From NCBI RefSeq assembly GCF_001194135.2, contig NC_068992.1, positions 46,861,772 through 46,913,078 of the forward strand: a DNA stretch of 51,307 nt. The letters are read 5' to 3'. The stretch is from Octopus bimaculoides (lineage: Eukaryota). Below, piece after piece: positions 1 to 12,355 of this stretch (position 1 is the first letter of the stretch; every line of letters starts with the position of its first letter). The position numbers and the translations under genes were made by a program. Under the pieces are notes generated by a model. It did no database searches. It was not told the DNA's origin and saw only the letters and a list, made by a program, of their open reading frames with translations.

Positions 1-23
1 ATATATATATATATATATATACA

Positions 24-63
<40 letters not shown>

Positions 64-71
64 CACACACA
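1..71. repeat. (TA)n(CA)n compound microsatellite
   Basis: Directly visible dinucleotide runs. Confidence 0.97.
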
Positions 72-182
72 CATCTATGCAACTTTGCGATGTACTTGAC
101 ATGGCATGCTCCGGCAAGATCTGCAGGGTGAAAGTGTTTAATGTTGAGTAATTCGAAACTAGTTACTTGCCAGAAATAATTG

Positions 183-369
183 ATGATGTATCTCGGAGCG
201 TCCATGATTGGTATCATAAAAATAGCCCGATACAATACGTAGCAGACTTAACAAAAATATAAGTTCTGAGGCCTATTCATTCGACTGAAAATTCTTCAAG
301 TCGGTGCCCAAGCATGGCCACAGTCCAGTGGTTAAAACGTAAAAATTAGGACAAATGATATATGTGTGT
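183..369 (+). mobile_element. SINE 3'-half fragment, left arm of a foldback palindrome
   Basis: TTCATTCGACTGAAAATTCTTCAAGTCGGTGCCCAAGCATGGCCACAGTC matches the SINE 3' halves at 4380-4549, 12175-12352 and 34380-34530. Confidence 0.8.
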
Positions 370-379
370 ATGCAGACAC

Positions 380-568
380 ACACACATATAACTTTTATCC
401 TAATTTTCACATGTTTCAATCATTAGACTGTGGCCATGCTTGGGCGCCGACTTGAAGAATTTTCAGTCGAATGAATAGGCCTCAGAACTTATTTTTTTGT
501 TAAGTCTGCTACGTATTGTATCGGGCTGTTTCCATGATGCCAATCATGGACGCTCCGAGATCCATCAT
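380..568 (-). mobile_element. SINE 3'-half fragment, right arm of a foldback palindrome
   Basis: Reverse complement of 183-369, with about 15 substitutions and one 2-nt indel by hand alignment. Confidence 0.85.
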
Positions 569-1628
569 GTAGACATGCACATAGATACGTACATATCTAA
601 TAATGTATATAGCTACGAGTGTATAAAAAAGATAGTTCGGGAGATCCTGACTTGACATAGTAGAAGGTCAGTCATCTCAATAGAGTAGTATTCATTGTAA
701 TCTAAATATGAAAGGATAAATGATGATACAACCTGTCTCAGGCACAGATTAGTTTCCTGTTGAAAGATACTGGAAACATGGATAGAAGTACATCAGACTA
801 TTATTGATCCATGCAATCATAAACATAATACTAGTAACGAGTGCACTCAATATATGTGTTACACGTGTTACAGATGGATTAACGAGTTGAGAGCATAATT
901 CCTAGACGTCCTATAATAGAGATAGTATATCTGACGTTTATAATTGAAATCTGCTATGGGTCCAGAAGTATTAGAATGAAGGTCCTAATGCAAATGTATT
1001 GATTGTATATGCACTTAACAATACATAATATCTGATTTATAAAATCTTCATAAGATTTTCGGAAATAGTTTTAAGTCGAAACTGTATTCTATAAGAAAAA
1101 TTTAGGGCCTGTAATATATCATTCATGCGTTGATACTCTTCGGTGATATAGTTATTCATAGAATATATTCTAAATTAATATATTTTCCATTTTATATGCG
1201 CAAAAACTGAGGACATAGAAACTTAATGTGTTGTCGATTTTAGATCGCATTTCATGTATATGTTTTCTCTTGCAGAACAGGTTCATTTTTTTTGAGGAAA
1301 TCCTACTACTCCGTATTCAGTTACATAAGTTTCGCTGTCTTGTTAAGAAAGTTGTTATTAAATAACATTAACTTAATGCTGTGATATGTGATTGGGTGTG
1401 TCTCAACATAAACATAGCATTCTTCATAGGCCCACGAGTTAGAAAGCAATCCCAGAGATTGGGTACTGACTGCAAAGCTGGTTGTCCATTGAAGATATGA
1501 ACTCCAGCTACAATGCAATCGTTAAGGATTTCCAAAATGTGGTGCCAAAACTGGTTTAAAGAAAGTAACATCAATGAGAAATGCTTCTGATTCGGATCCA
1601 GGTGCAACTCTGGAGTCATCGCAGAAAA

Positions 1629-1656
1629 TCATTCGTCCTCAGTATCAGAACCCGAA
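1629..1656 (-). CDS. Candidate terminal coding exon (..P)SGSDTEDE-stop of an unidentified gene
   Basis: Strong acceptor TTTTTTTTTTGTTTTCCAG. Phase-compatible with exon 1743-1833 across an 86-nt GT-AG intron. No homology recognised. Confidence 0.35.
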
Positions 1657-1742
1657 CTGGAAAACAAAAAAAAAATCCTTTTCTTAACTATAAACAACTG
1701 ACTGTATTTAAGAAGCAGGATTGGGAGTAAAGCGTGGCTCAC

Positions 1743-1833
1743 GGTAGTAACAACAAACGGAAGCACAAGTCAGCAAATCCGTATCTTTGTAGCAGTACAG
1801 CCAATTTCACTTTTGATGAAGATGAACCGACAG
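1743..1833 (-). CDS. Candidate internal exon VGSSSSKVKLAVLLQRYGFADLCFRLLLL(P)
   Basis: Acceptor TTTTACTTTAATTTGGCAG and donor GTGAGC. Only one frame is open. Could be non-coding or chance. Confidence 0.33.
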
Positions 1834-2531
1834 CTGCCAAATTAAAGTAAAAGACTTGCATAAAGCAAAACTAAAAACACCATAAATCAAGGCAATAAAA
1901 AATATTGGATGATGTTACCGGAATAATCAAACGTGTAACTCGTTGGCAAAAATGTGTTGATTGTAATGGTACTTACTTCGATGAATAAAATTTCCGCATT
2001 GTTGAAATATATTGTGATGAATTTCATGTTTCAAAACGTTGCTGAATTTTTACTCTGCCTGATATATAATATATATATATATATCTTAAAACACCGTGAA
2101 AAGCGAAGTACGAGAAGTCAAAGCGAACTACACGCATGGCGACAGAAATTGTAAAAAAACACATTTTTTACACGCTTCTCATTTTCTTCCCTCTCTTGTA
2201 TACGTATTCTATAAAAGCTCAATATGAACGAGCTTTCAGTAATGTACATTTGTCATAATCTTCACCGAACATTTACCTTGATTTCTATCCCTGTGAAACT
2301 CATTGAATTTTATGTGAACATTTGATCATTTGATCGTTTAAACATGTCCGTCCGATTTCTACTTCGGTATTTTGAACTCTGTGAAAATTCCCTTGTGTTA
2401 TATATATTTGTAACATTGATAAACAAAACGTTGTTGAAACAGTTTTGTTATGTATGTGAATAAATCTATTTAAAAACAACTACACGTTTTTCAAATTCAG
2501 GGGCATTTTCAAACCCGGAACATATTATCTG

Positions 2532-2560
<29 letters not shown>
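2532..2560. repeat. (AC)n microsatellite
   Basis: Directly visible. Confidence 0.95.
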
Positions 2561-2567
<7 letters not shown>

Positions 2568-2699
2568 GTATGTATGTTCAGCCTTATACTTGTGTCCCAG
2601 TATTTCATTCAGTGAGCGCAGACGGTGACGCTTAGGTGCTTGAACAGTGATATTGACACCTGGTAGCTTGACATGTTCGTATAGAGACAGAAAAGCGTT

Positions 2700-2945
2700 A
2701 AGCAAAGGAGTAATGAAGTGCGACATGTGGACCGTATGGAGCAAGACAAACCTACAAGTTTTAATGGATTTCGAATACGAAAAGGCCTCTCCGGAGCTGT
2801 GTCTAATTGAGATCTCAGAAAGGAATTATGCGAGATGGATGTTGTAGTGCAATAATGAAGCCTCTTTCTTGTAATAGGAAAGACTAATGGAAGGCTTTTG
2901 TTTCCTGAAGAAAAGGATATGGGAATAGTAGAATGCAACAGAGGT
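2700..2945 (+). mobile_element. Decayed coding-like relic, probably from a retroelement (class uncertain)
   Basis: Stop-interrupted frames. An HVDRM motif recalls the LINE ORF2 C-terminal GHVxRM. Shares a 17-bp exact match and ML*CN...PEE peptide with 20082-20200. Confidence 0.3.
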
Positions 2946-3595
2946 TATAATGCTTAAATAAAAACAGTCGTCTACCGTATCTAAAGAACATTCAGTTACA
3001 ACAAAGGTAGTGGGAAGAAGCAGTTCTTCAAATCAGCAGCCTAGGCACCGTGTGTCTCCACCGCAGGAACCAATAATTTTGTAATTAGAATTTAACACTA
3101 TAAATAGGAGGGAAATGGAGTATTGGTATAAAGAAATCTACTTTGAGACCCTGAGAATTGTTATAACCTTCTGAAGGCAAAATTTGTCAAAGAAAACCAT
3201 TGATGGACCAGACTGCGATATGAGTATTGACGGAATGGCAAATTTGTGACGTTGATCCGAAAAATCCTTTGTAGGCCAAAAGCTTATATTCTCTATAGTT
3301 ATTGTATGTTTCCCGTATTTAAAAAAATTCCATCTAAACATTCTGCACCTTATACATTTTAAGCCTGTGTCATTTATTGCACAATGTCTTGTTAAAACAC
3401 TCGTTTTCACATAATTTGTTTTTCCTCATGTGCGTGTAGCTTCCGTGTATAAGTTTATTGTATGCATGTATGTACACATATATGTACGCATGAATGTATG
3501 TATGCATCTATGTATGGATGTATGTATGCATGTATCATTGTATGTATCCATGTATCATTGTATGTATGCAGAAGCCTTGTGACCAATTAATTTAA

Positions 3596-3596
3596 A

Positions 3597-3650
<54 letters not shown>

Positions 3651-3747
3651 TTCATCATCGTCATCATCGTCACTGACACACCACCATCATCATCATGATC
3701 CTCATCCTCATCATGATCCTCATCCTCATCATCATTGTTATTATTAC

Positions 3748-3799
<52 letters not shown>

Positions 3800-3841
3800 A
3801 TTAGTAGTAGTAGTAGTAGCAGCAGCAGCAGCATCAGCAGC

Positions 3842-3880
<39 letters not shown>
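3596..3880. repeat. Compound trinucleotide array (TTA)n-(CAT)n-(TTA)n-(TAG)n-(CAG)n-(TAG)n
   Basis: Directly visible; source of the spurious poly-I/L/V/T ORFs. Confidence 0.97.
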
Positions 3881-3881
<1 letters not shown>

Positions 3882-4379
3882 TTATACGGTGATGGCGAAG
3901 ATGATGTCATTCCGATAAATTATATTGACTAAATGTCAAACTACGGTCGATTCTTTAGTCTTAAAGACAACTTTTATTGTTGAATAAGGTTTAACTGGAA
4001 GTTTCCAATATCTGACCTCCACCCCTTTCTTCCTCTCTCTAAATCTAATATCGTTAAAGCAACCAATCATACCGTAAAGTATTGCCTGTCATTTATTACA
4101 TTTTTTGTTGTTTTCCTTTTGTAAGTAACGTTGAAATTTATATTATTTAGGTAATATAGTTTGCCCAACCATTTGGTTATTGTTACTGTTGCTATTGTTG
4201 TTGATGCTGATGATGCTGTTGGTTTTTTTTATTTATCCCCAAGTGAACACTGACCTAGTGGTCCTATACTCAGAGACATTCTATTTTGCAGGTTATTTTC
4301 TACTCTATTTTCTGATGCAACAAACGAGTTTTTGAGATGGTAGCTAATACTTTGTGGTTTGCCTATCGCATCTTTTACA

Positions 4380-4549
4380 GCCAGTGTTTTGTTTACGTCG
4401 TAGCTTAGCGGTCGGCGAATAAGAGGACACTGCCGTAGGTAGCAGACATAAAATATATACTGGTGTTGATTTTGGTGACTAAACGTTCGAGGCAGTGTTC
4501 CTGCATGGCCATAGTCTACTCAGTCAAACATGTAAAAGAATAAAAGAAT
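4380..4549 (+). mobile_element. SINE 3'-half fragment
   Basis: GTTTACGTC..CTTAGCGGTCGGC..GAGGCAGTGTTCCTGCATGGCCATAGTC..TAAAAGAATAAAAGAAT tail; homologous to 183-350 and 34380-34530. Confidence 0.7.
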
Positions 4550-5415
4550 TCTTGTCATCCAAGTAGATCGTTCTGTATAGGAGACGATACTGCATTGCAT
4601 AAATGCTGAATAACTTTGTCTTTATTTACAAGACGCATCTAGCGGCAATGGCCAGGTTATATCATAAAAGTGAATGTCTTTTAGAGAAGGGAATAGCACA
4701 GATTTAACAATTGCACGAAGGTGCTTAATATTTGTGAGTCATGTACCAAAGATGGGTAAGTTCATATGAAACTGAATACGGGATGGGGGCTGTGCATTGG
4801 TTAATTAGTGACTGCATTTGTCTAAGTTTATTATTCTTTATGTATTAAACTTTGTGCTCACGGAACGTGTGGCTGAATAACATACAGCTACCGTTCGGTT
4901 GCATTTCTGAACGAAATCTTTTGTATTTTTAGTGTTGTGTATGATTTACTGGTTGACTGAAGCAAATTGGTAGCACTACCTATCTAAGAATATTACATGC
5001 GATATACCTACAATTTATCATGGATGATGGATATTTATTCATATCGCGTAGATGAATTTGTCATACACTAAACTAAGTAACGTAGATGTATGACATCGCT
5101 CAAATTGAAACAGTAAAAAAAAAAAAAAATCGTTATAGATAAATATCCCACTCTTTTTCTCCGAAAACAAAGGTGATTGCCGTAATATGGTCCTTGGTGA
5201 ACTCTACTTTGAAATGAAACGGATAATCTCGACAGAAACGCGTTTTATCATCGACCAAAAACAATTATCCATTAGGGATCTCTTGGTTTTGGTTTCAAAA
5301 TCATTTGTATTTGAAGACTTCCCTCGCACCACAAATTTGTAAACATTGTTCGCGTCCATCATCATCCATAGTTTTTGAAAAATATCAGAGTAAAAACAGA
5401 ATCAGTACTGAACGA

Positions 5416-5941
5416 NNNNNNNNNNNNNNNNNNNNNNNNNNNNNNNNNNNNNNNNNNNNNNNNNNNNNNNNNNNNNNNNNNNNNNNNNNNNNNNNNNNNN
5501 NNNNNNNNNNNNNNNNNNNNNNNNNNNNNNNNNNNNNNNNNNNNNNNNNNNNNNNNNNNNNNNNNNNNNNNNNNNNNNNNNNNNNNNNNNNNNNNNNNNN
5601 NNNNNNNNNNNNNNNNNNNNNNNNNNNNNNNNNNNNNNNNNNNNNNNNNNNNNNNNNNNNNNNNNNNNNNNNNNNNNNNNNNNNNNNNNNNNNNNNNNNN
5701 NNNNNNNNNNNNNNNNNNNNNNNNNNNNNNNNNNNNNNNNNNNNNNNNNNNNNNNNNNNNNNNNNNNNNNNNNNNNNNNNNNNNNNNNNNNNNNNNNNNN
5801 NNNNNNNNNNNNNNNNNNNNNNNNNNNNNNNNNNNNNNNNNNNNNNNNNNNNNNNNNNNNNNNNNNNNNNNNNNNNNNNNNNNNNNNNNNNNNNNNNNNN
5901 NNNNNNNNNNNNNNNNNNNNNNNNNNNNNNNNNNNNNNNNN
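5416..5941. other. Assembly gap (N run). Other gaps near 14117-14481, 15180-15251, 16226-16320, 21566-22112, 22924-22933, 29376-29385, 31201-31232, 32097-32643, 38189-38489, 44359-44613, 50597-50710
   Basis: N runs, most adjoining microsatellites, as expected for a short-read draft. Confidence 0.98.
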
Positions 5942-5977
<36 letters not shown>

Positions 5978-8900
5978 CTCTCTCCCTCTCTATCTCTTCC
6001 TGTCTCCCCCTCTCCTTTTCTCCCCCTCTCTTTCCCTCCTCCACCCTCTCTATATATATGTATGTATATCTGTGAGCAAAAATAGAAGCAACATCTACAT
6101 AAAAGAAACAGAAACAATAAAAGCCATACTAAATATATAAATAAGAAATAAAATAGAGTAATGTATGCATAAACGGCCAGAAATTGGGTATTAGTGTGTT
6201 TCAATGTAGATCTAAATTTTCCTCATTTCCTCTTTTATGATGACAATATCAATTATAGATATATTATATATGTAAAACTTTTAAAAGGATTTAATTTCTT
6301 ACAACCCTAAACAACAGGATTATTTTGTCGAAATATTTTTCCATCCACTATCTTGGAATTATTCCGGAAAACAGACAGTATGTTGACGGAAACGTGTACT
6401 TTTATTTATTAATATTTTGTGTATGTGTTTTGTCGTTATGTTATCCTGTGGTTCCGTGCTTGTTTTCAATTGTGTGAAATGACTGGACACGTCTCCATTG
6501 TTTACAATTGATCCATTAATTGATGTGTTGCAGAGAAATATTTAATCCTATCAGATTTTAAGAGAATTCCTTGTCTTCTAGAAAACTTCGGAATCCAGAT
6601 ATTTTCACTAAAGAAAGAAAATAAGAATGCCATGAGGGAAAATTTCGTAGAAAAAAATACGAAAGAAAATTTCAATATACTTGTCTATATAAATAACGTA
6701 ATGTATGGTTGTGCTGCGTTAGGTAAACAAAAGCAATGATATACATAGACATAGATACGTACACACGCACACACACATACACACATACACATACTCATAT
6801 TCATATATATACATACACACACACACAAACACACACACAAACAAGTGTCCACACAAACATACACACACACACATATATATTTGCATACTTATATAAGTGT
6901 CGTCCTTATGTATACATACACACTCACACCGACACACACTCCGACACACTCATATTTGTATATATAATGTTTTTGGCGTCTCCTTATGTAGATATCATTG
7001 TGTGTGTTGCTCCTTATACCGAGCATAGCAACAGAGAGATGATGAGTTCGGTAAATTTATATCTATAGATGTATTTTTATTTATTGATCTTAGTTTATAC
7101 ACATATGTTGTCGATGCTGTCGTCATTGTTGTTGCCCTTCGCTCTCTATTTTGTCTTTTCAGTATTACTTCCTTTTCTGTTTTTCTTGTAGAAACAAGAG
7201 AATACGTGGAATGCCTGGTGAAATGCGTTGCAGTGTTTAATTCCTCATTACGTTATTAGAATAACTTTTGAAGTGTTGCATTAGCGGTTCAATTCCAGCA
7301 GTTCTAAAACTTGATATCTAGTTCTTACCGTATAGCCCATACGCTGGTGACAAAACGTCAATCGACTGTGACAAGTGAGTCATACTATACCATATACTAT
7401 CCCGATAAGTAATTGTTAGAGTAAGTTAAACAGTTGAACACTTGATATATTTATCAAACCTACAAAAGGTTACTGATACGTATTGTACTAAGCCAGATAG
7501 ATTGAGCAATAACAATGTAAAGGAACATAAATAGAAGTATTCTAATATGTTGATGCATTTATTCCAATATCTTAACGTTACCGTCAATTTATCAACTTCA
7601 GATATATTATTTCTCCATCTTAATATAGTATTTACGTAAGGAGTTGATTTATTGGAAAGGTTTCATAATATTGACCACTTGTCCCTTGAAACATTTTAGA
7701 ATGCAGTTTATTTGAAGTCTAGTTTGTTCTAAGCTAATTTGGAAATCCCATCGAGTTCGATTCGTAGTTGGGGTTGTCTAAACTTGCCAGCTTGTCAACA
7801 TAATGACTGAGGTGAAGATCAACTTCAGAATTCTGGGACAACGCGCTTGGTGTGTAGCACTGGCTTCCCTGTGCTGTAGAATAATAAAAAAAAACATTTC
7901 TAAAGACAATTGCATCATAGATACAAGAGCATGAATAACATGCACTTTTAGTCTCGAAAACGAGAATACTTAGTAAACTAATAAAATTAGTAAGTGGTCA
8001 CTGAATAATAAAGAAGCATTGCTGACATACTCAGAGAAGAATGGTATGTTGTGGCAAATAAATTAATGGTTCAGACATTATGGAGCCTATTAAGATTTAG
8101 CTGAAATGTTTACTCTGGTGAGATGCGACAGAAAATTTTGAGACCAAGATATACAATGATATTTGTTTCCGTTATTTAGCCATAGGTCGGCCCACATGAA
8201 AAACTTCTTTGGTTCATAACATTTTTCGTGTTGTTTAGCCACAGGTCAGACCTCATCCAGAAGACATACGATTAGAACTGTTGATATTGTTGCCGTCTAG
8301 TTAGAGTGTATCCTCAGTAAACCGATGATCGTGTAACCCGATGACATCTCTCTTCCAGGAGATTAATCATTAAAACAACCATATCACAATACTGTCATAA
8401 TGTGTGTGTGTGTGTGATACTTGATCAATGATTTCATTATCAAATATACTCTTCTTCCTTTTGACAATAAGTTGTATACTTAGAGATATATGTCTGCTTT
8501 TTATGACACAGCAAATGACTGAATGCTGCAGCATTGGCTTCTACACACTGATAATTGTTGTTTACTTACATGTCAGACCTCGAACGAATAACATTATGAT
8601 TAAAGGTATTACAACCATGACCATGACTACTTTTCACCTATTTTCCTATAGAATCTGGCGACATTTTCCAACCTATTGTTTTCTATATATCGGTACAGAG
8701 TGATGTGAGGGAGATTTGACAGCTATTTGTAGCAAAAAGAGTGACCAAACACAATCTTCTTCATTGGCTGTTAAATATTGGTACTCACCTAGTCTGGCGC
8801 TGTAATATTCCTGTTAAATCATTTCCCTGTGGAAGCTGTAATATTCATGGTTTTGTCGGTGTATATCGAGACAGGTGAAGCGGAATAGTCATATTGGGAA

Positions 8901-9782
8901 TCAAACGTGACGTATGTTGCCTTCAAATGTGGTCCATTTCACCCACTTCCACCCCGTGACATCACCACACGATCGAAATAATACATAAATTCTGCCAATA
9001 GTGTTTAGCACTCTCATCGATTCCCGCTTATCAAGTTGGTATTAAATTAACCATATTATATAGTTTTGAAATTCTTTAGCACCGTAAAGATTATTAAATC
9101 GATTTCGTTTCGATTTTCCTTTATCTCGCTCCATATTCAACATCACATAATAGAGGAGATATTAAAAGAGCGTTTAATACCCGCCATTTATCGGCAAGGT
9201 TACTGAAGAAAAGGAAAAAAGGTTTTAGGTCGCTGACTTTGGAAAATTCCATTTTAGTTGTAAAAAAATAAACTTTTGTTGGTTTTGTTTTTCGTTTATT
9301 TAAACTGAGAAAGAAAATAATAACGAAATGAAAAAATGTAATTTCTACATCTCTAGATTGTTTATTAAAAAATAAAATAACTGAAATAATATATTAAAAA
9401 TAAACAATGAAACTCTCTGAATCATTGTGAAACTTTAATATATCTTATTTCAACAGGCAACTATAGAAGCCGCTATAAATACACGATTATATTATAAAAA
9501 AAAGGAAGAAATCTCCTACTAAATTTCATATTGTATTCTGAGAGGTATTATCGCGAATTAACACCCAACGCATTTATGATTCTACAAAATTCATATTCTC
9601 TTATCGAATTTTATATATTTCCATTTATTCTAAAAATGTGAGAATACATAAAAATAAAAATGCATAAAACAACTCATTCATATTTTCATTTTCAAATATG
9701 AGGATATATTTGTCAAGCGTTATCTTGTTTTATATTTATCTCTTAGGAATTTGATTTATATCAGAGCCATGGGTATATTTTT

Positions 9783-9841
<59 letters not shown>

Positions 9842-10812
9842 TCATACACATACATATATAGATATATATGTATGTGTATGCGTGTGTGTGTGCAGATATA
9901 TTGTTTGTATATATATGAATGTGTGTGTGCGTGTGCCTTTTGTTTCTCTTCGCTGTTGTTGCGTTACTGGATGTTTCAATATGCGAGATAATTGAAGACC
10001 GGCAGTTAAAATCAGAAAGAAATCCATATCACAAAACTTACTGTCGAATCTTTAGACATGTATTAGCAGATTAGGTTCTAAAATAAAACCGCCATGTTGT
10101 TTGTTTCTCATTTCATTCGCTTTATCAAAAATATCAATATTTCAAACTTCCATGAATATATTCTTAAGTTATTGTGCAAAGATTAAGACGAGAAAAAAAC
10201 TGAAGGAGAATAAAATTTTATTTCAGCGTTGCCAAAAAAAGGTATCTAACGCATAAGCGAGTTTGTTATTTATTCAAAGAAAAAATCAACAGATTCCGAT
10301 CGGTAATGCATATAAGACTATCAATATATATTGATGACATTTATCTTCGTTTCCAATCAAGGGAAGTTTTACATTTTCCGATACCAGCCCACTAAATGAA
10401 TAGGAACGCAGCGAATTACTAATATTGTGAATTTCCAAATTGTCAAATTGGCGCAAAGACAATATATTTATATAAAACATATTTGACAGTATTTGTAGGG
10501 AACTTACTGTCTCTCCATTCATCTATATTCCTCTCTACATATATTTTGTATTATTCGGGTAAAAACCTCGTTAAGTGCATTTAAGATCCCCTGTCCGTTA
10601 TTTGTCTACCACATGTGCATTTAGCCCTGCAAAATATCCTACTGCAGAAAAACATGTGGAGCCAAATAACAGCGTAGGATCATAGGATCACTTAAATGTA
10701 CTTCACAAAGTTTATATATACAGAGAGCGTAAGGTATTTGAGGAAATACCGTTTTAAGGCCGTTGCTGCACTTTTTGCTAAAACTGTATAATGTTTGTTT
10801 CAGAAAATAATA

Positions 10813-11284
10813 ATGATAGACCATAAGCTTACTGCGGTTATAAAGGGTGAACATATGGATTTAGAAATATCTTTCGGCTACAAAGTTTGTAAGGAGCTAG
10901 AGACTGAAGATGGAAACGTATCACCAGTATCAAAGCATAAAAAGCATTCTAAACGCCATGAAATCATCAGAACACCTGAATGTACCCAACAATTTCAACA
11001 GACCATTGATTACAATCCCAGAAAGCCCATAAGATCTCCATTTGTCAGAAGGAACAGTCAGAAATGTTGCCCACGAACTCATTAGGTATACGTCTAATAT
11101 GATGAGGAAAGGTCAATTTGTCAGATAAAGCAAAAGAAAATGACTACATTAGATCTGATTTTTCTCCAACGAGAAAAATTTCGACCAAAATCAAAACGTT
11201 AACAGAAGAAATGACAGATGATTACGTGCAGACTCTTTTGAAGTCCCAAGTGTTATGCATATAAAATGTCCTGCAACTGTCATG
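10813..11284 (+). mobile_element. Degenerate Tc1/mariner transposase fragment (maT/DD37D-like), N-terminal HTH through the first catalytic motif
   Basis: Translates across frameshifts/stops as ...KHSKRHEIIRTPECTQQFQQTIDYNPRKPIRS / HLSEGTVRNVAHELIRY..MRKGQF / I*FFSNEKNFDQNQNVNRRNDR*LRADSFEVPSVMHIKCPATVM. The mariner WFFSDEK motif has D>N and W>stop. Confidence 0.8.
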
Positions 11285-11289
11285 CAACA

Positions 11290-11367
11290 GAAGTAGCAGC
11301 AGCAATAGAGGAAGCAGCAGCAGCAACACTGTTAGTAGCAGTAGCAGCAGCAGCAGCTGCTGCTGCG

Positions 11368-11413
<46 letters not shown>

Positions 11414-11437
11414 CGGTAGTATTAGTAATAGTAGTAT

Positions 11438-11476
<39 letters not shown>

Positions 11477-11485
11477 CAGTAGTAT

Positions 11486-11527
<42 letters not shown>

Positions 11528-11559
11528 CAGCAGTAGTAGTAGTAGTAGTAGTAGTAGTC

Positions 11560-11597
<38 letters not shown>

Positions 11598-11624
11598 CGT
11601 AGTAGTAGTAGTAGTAGCAGCAGG

Positions 11625-11656
<32 letters not shown>

Positions 11657-11679
11657 CAGTAGTAGTAGTAGTCGTAGTC

Positions 11680-11738
<59 letters not shown>
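11290..11738. repeat. (GTA)n/(GCA)n trinucleotide array
   Basis: Directly visible; explains the poly-Val ORF 11266-11805. Confidence 0.97.
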
Positions 11739-12174
11739 TCTTTCTTTAGCAGATCATTCTTTATACGTTGCTTCTACTGATACTGCTGTTGCTGCCACTC
11801 ATTAGTTTTAAACACATTTACACCTTATTTATTATTTTTTTAATATTCTATCGATTTTTATGACATTTTGCTAAATAACTGCTGCTGGCCATTGAACCAA
11901 AAGCCAACGAATATTGATAATCAAATAGTAGAGAAAGACAGAGAATTCTAATCGTTTTGGCGGAAATAGACATTTGATAGCAGGAAATATCCCCACTAAA
12001 TAATCTAACAATGCACTGATTGCGAGAAAAATTTGATGAATTTCTCTCCCTCTTTAATAGGCCAGTAGGTGGTCGAACAGTGGTACTTCCAGTGAACATG
12101 TAAATTTAGTTGCTCTACAATTTAATCAAAGCACGGTAAAAGTCAAAACGAGATTCCATGGATTTAGTCATTAT

Positions 12175-12352
12175 ATTGTGTTTCAATCATTAGACAAGGG
12201 CCGCAGTGCCTTGAAGTATTTTTAGTTGAATTACTCGACCATGGGAATATTTTTTGTTAAGCCTATGGTACATATCTTATCGGTTTCTCTCGGTTAAGGG
12301 GAAGTAAAGACACCGAAAACCGGTTGTCAAGCGGTGTTTGGTGAAAAGACAG
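12175..12352 (-). mobile_element. SINE 3'-half fragment
   Basis: TGTTTCAATCATTAGAC..GTGCCTTGAAGTATTTTTAGTTGAAT..CGGTTGTCAAGCGGTG matches 395-480 and 42925-42975. Confidence 0.75.
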
Positions 12353-12355
12353 AAA

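Noticed and set aside
7285-7895. Perfect B-boxes GGTTCAATTCC (7287) and GAGTTCGATTC (7753)
   Set aside because: No correctly spaced A-box or cloverleaf; at most decayed SINE remnants, not tRNA genes.
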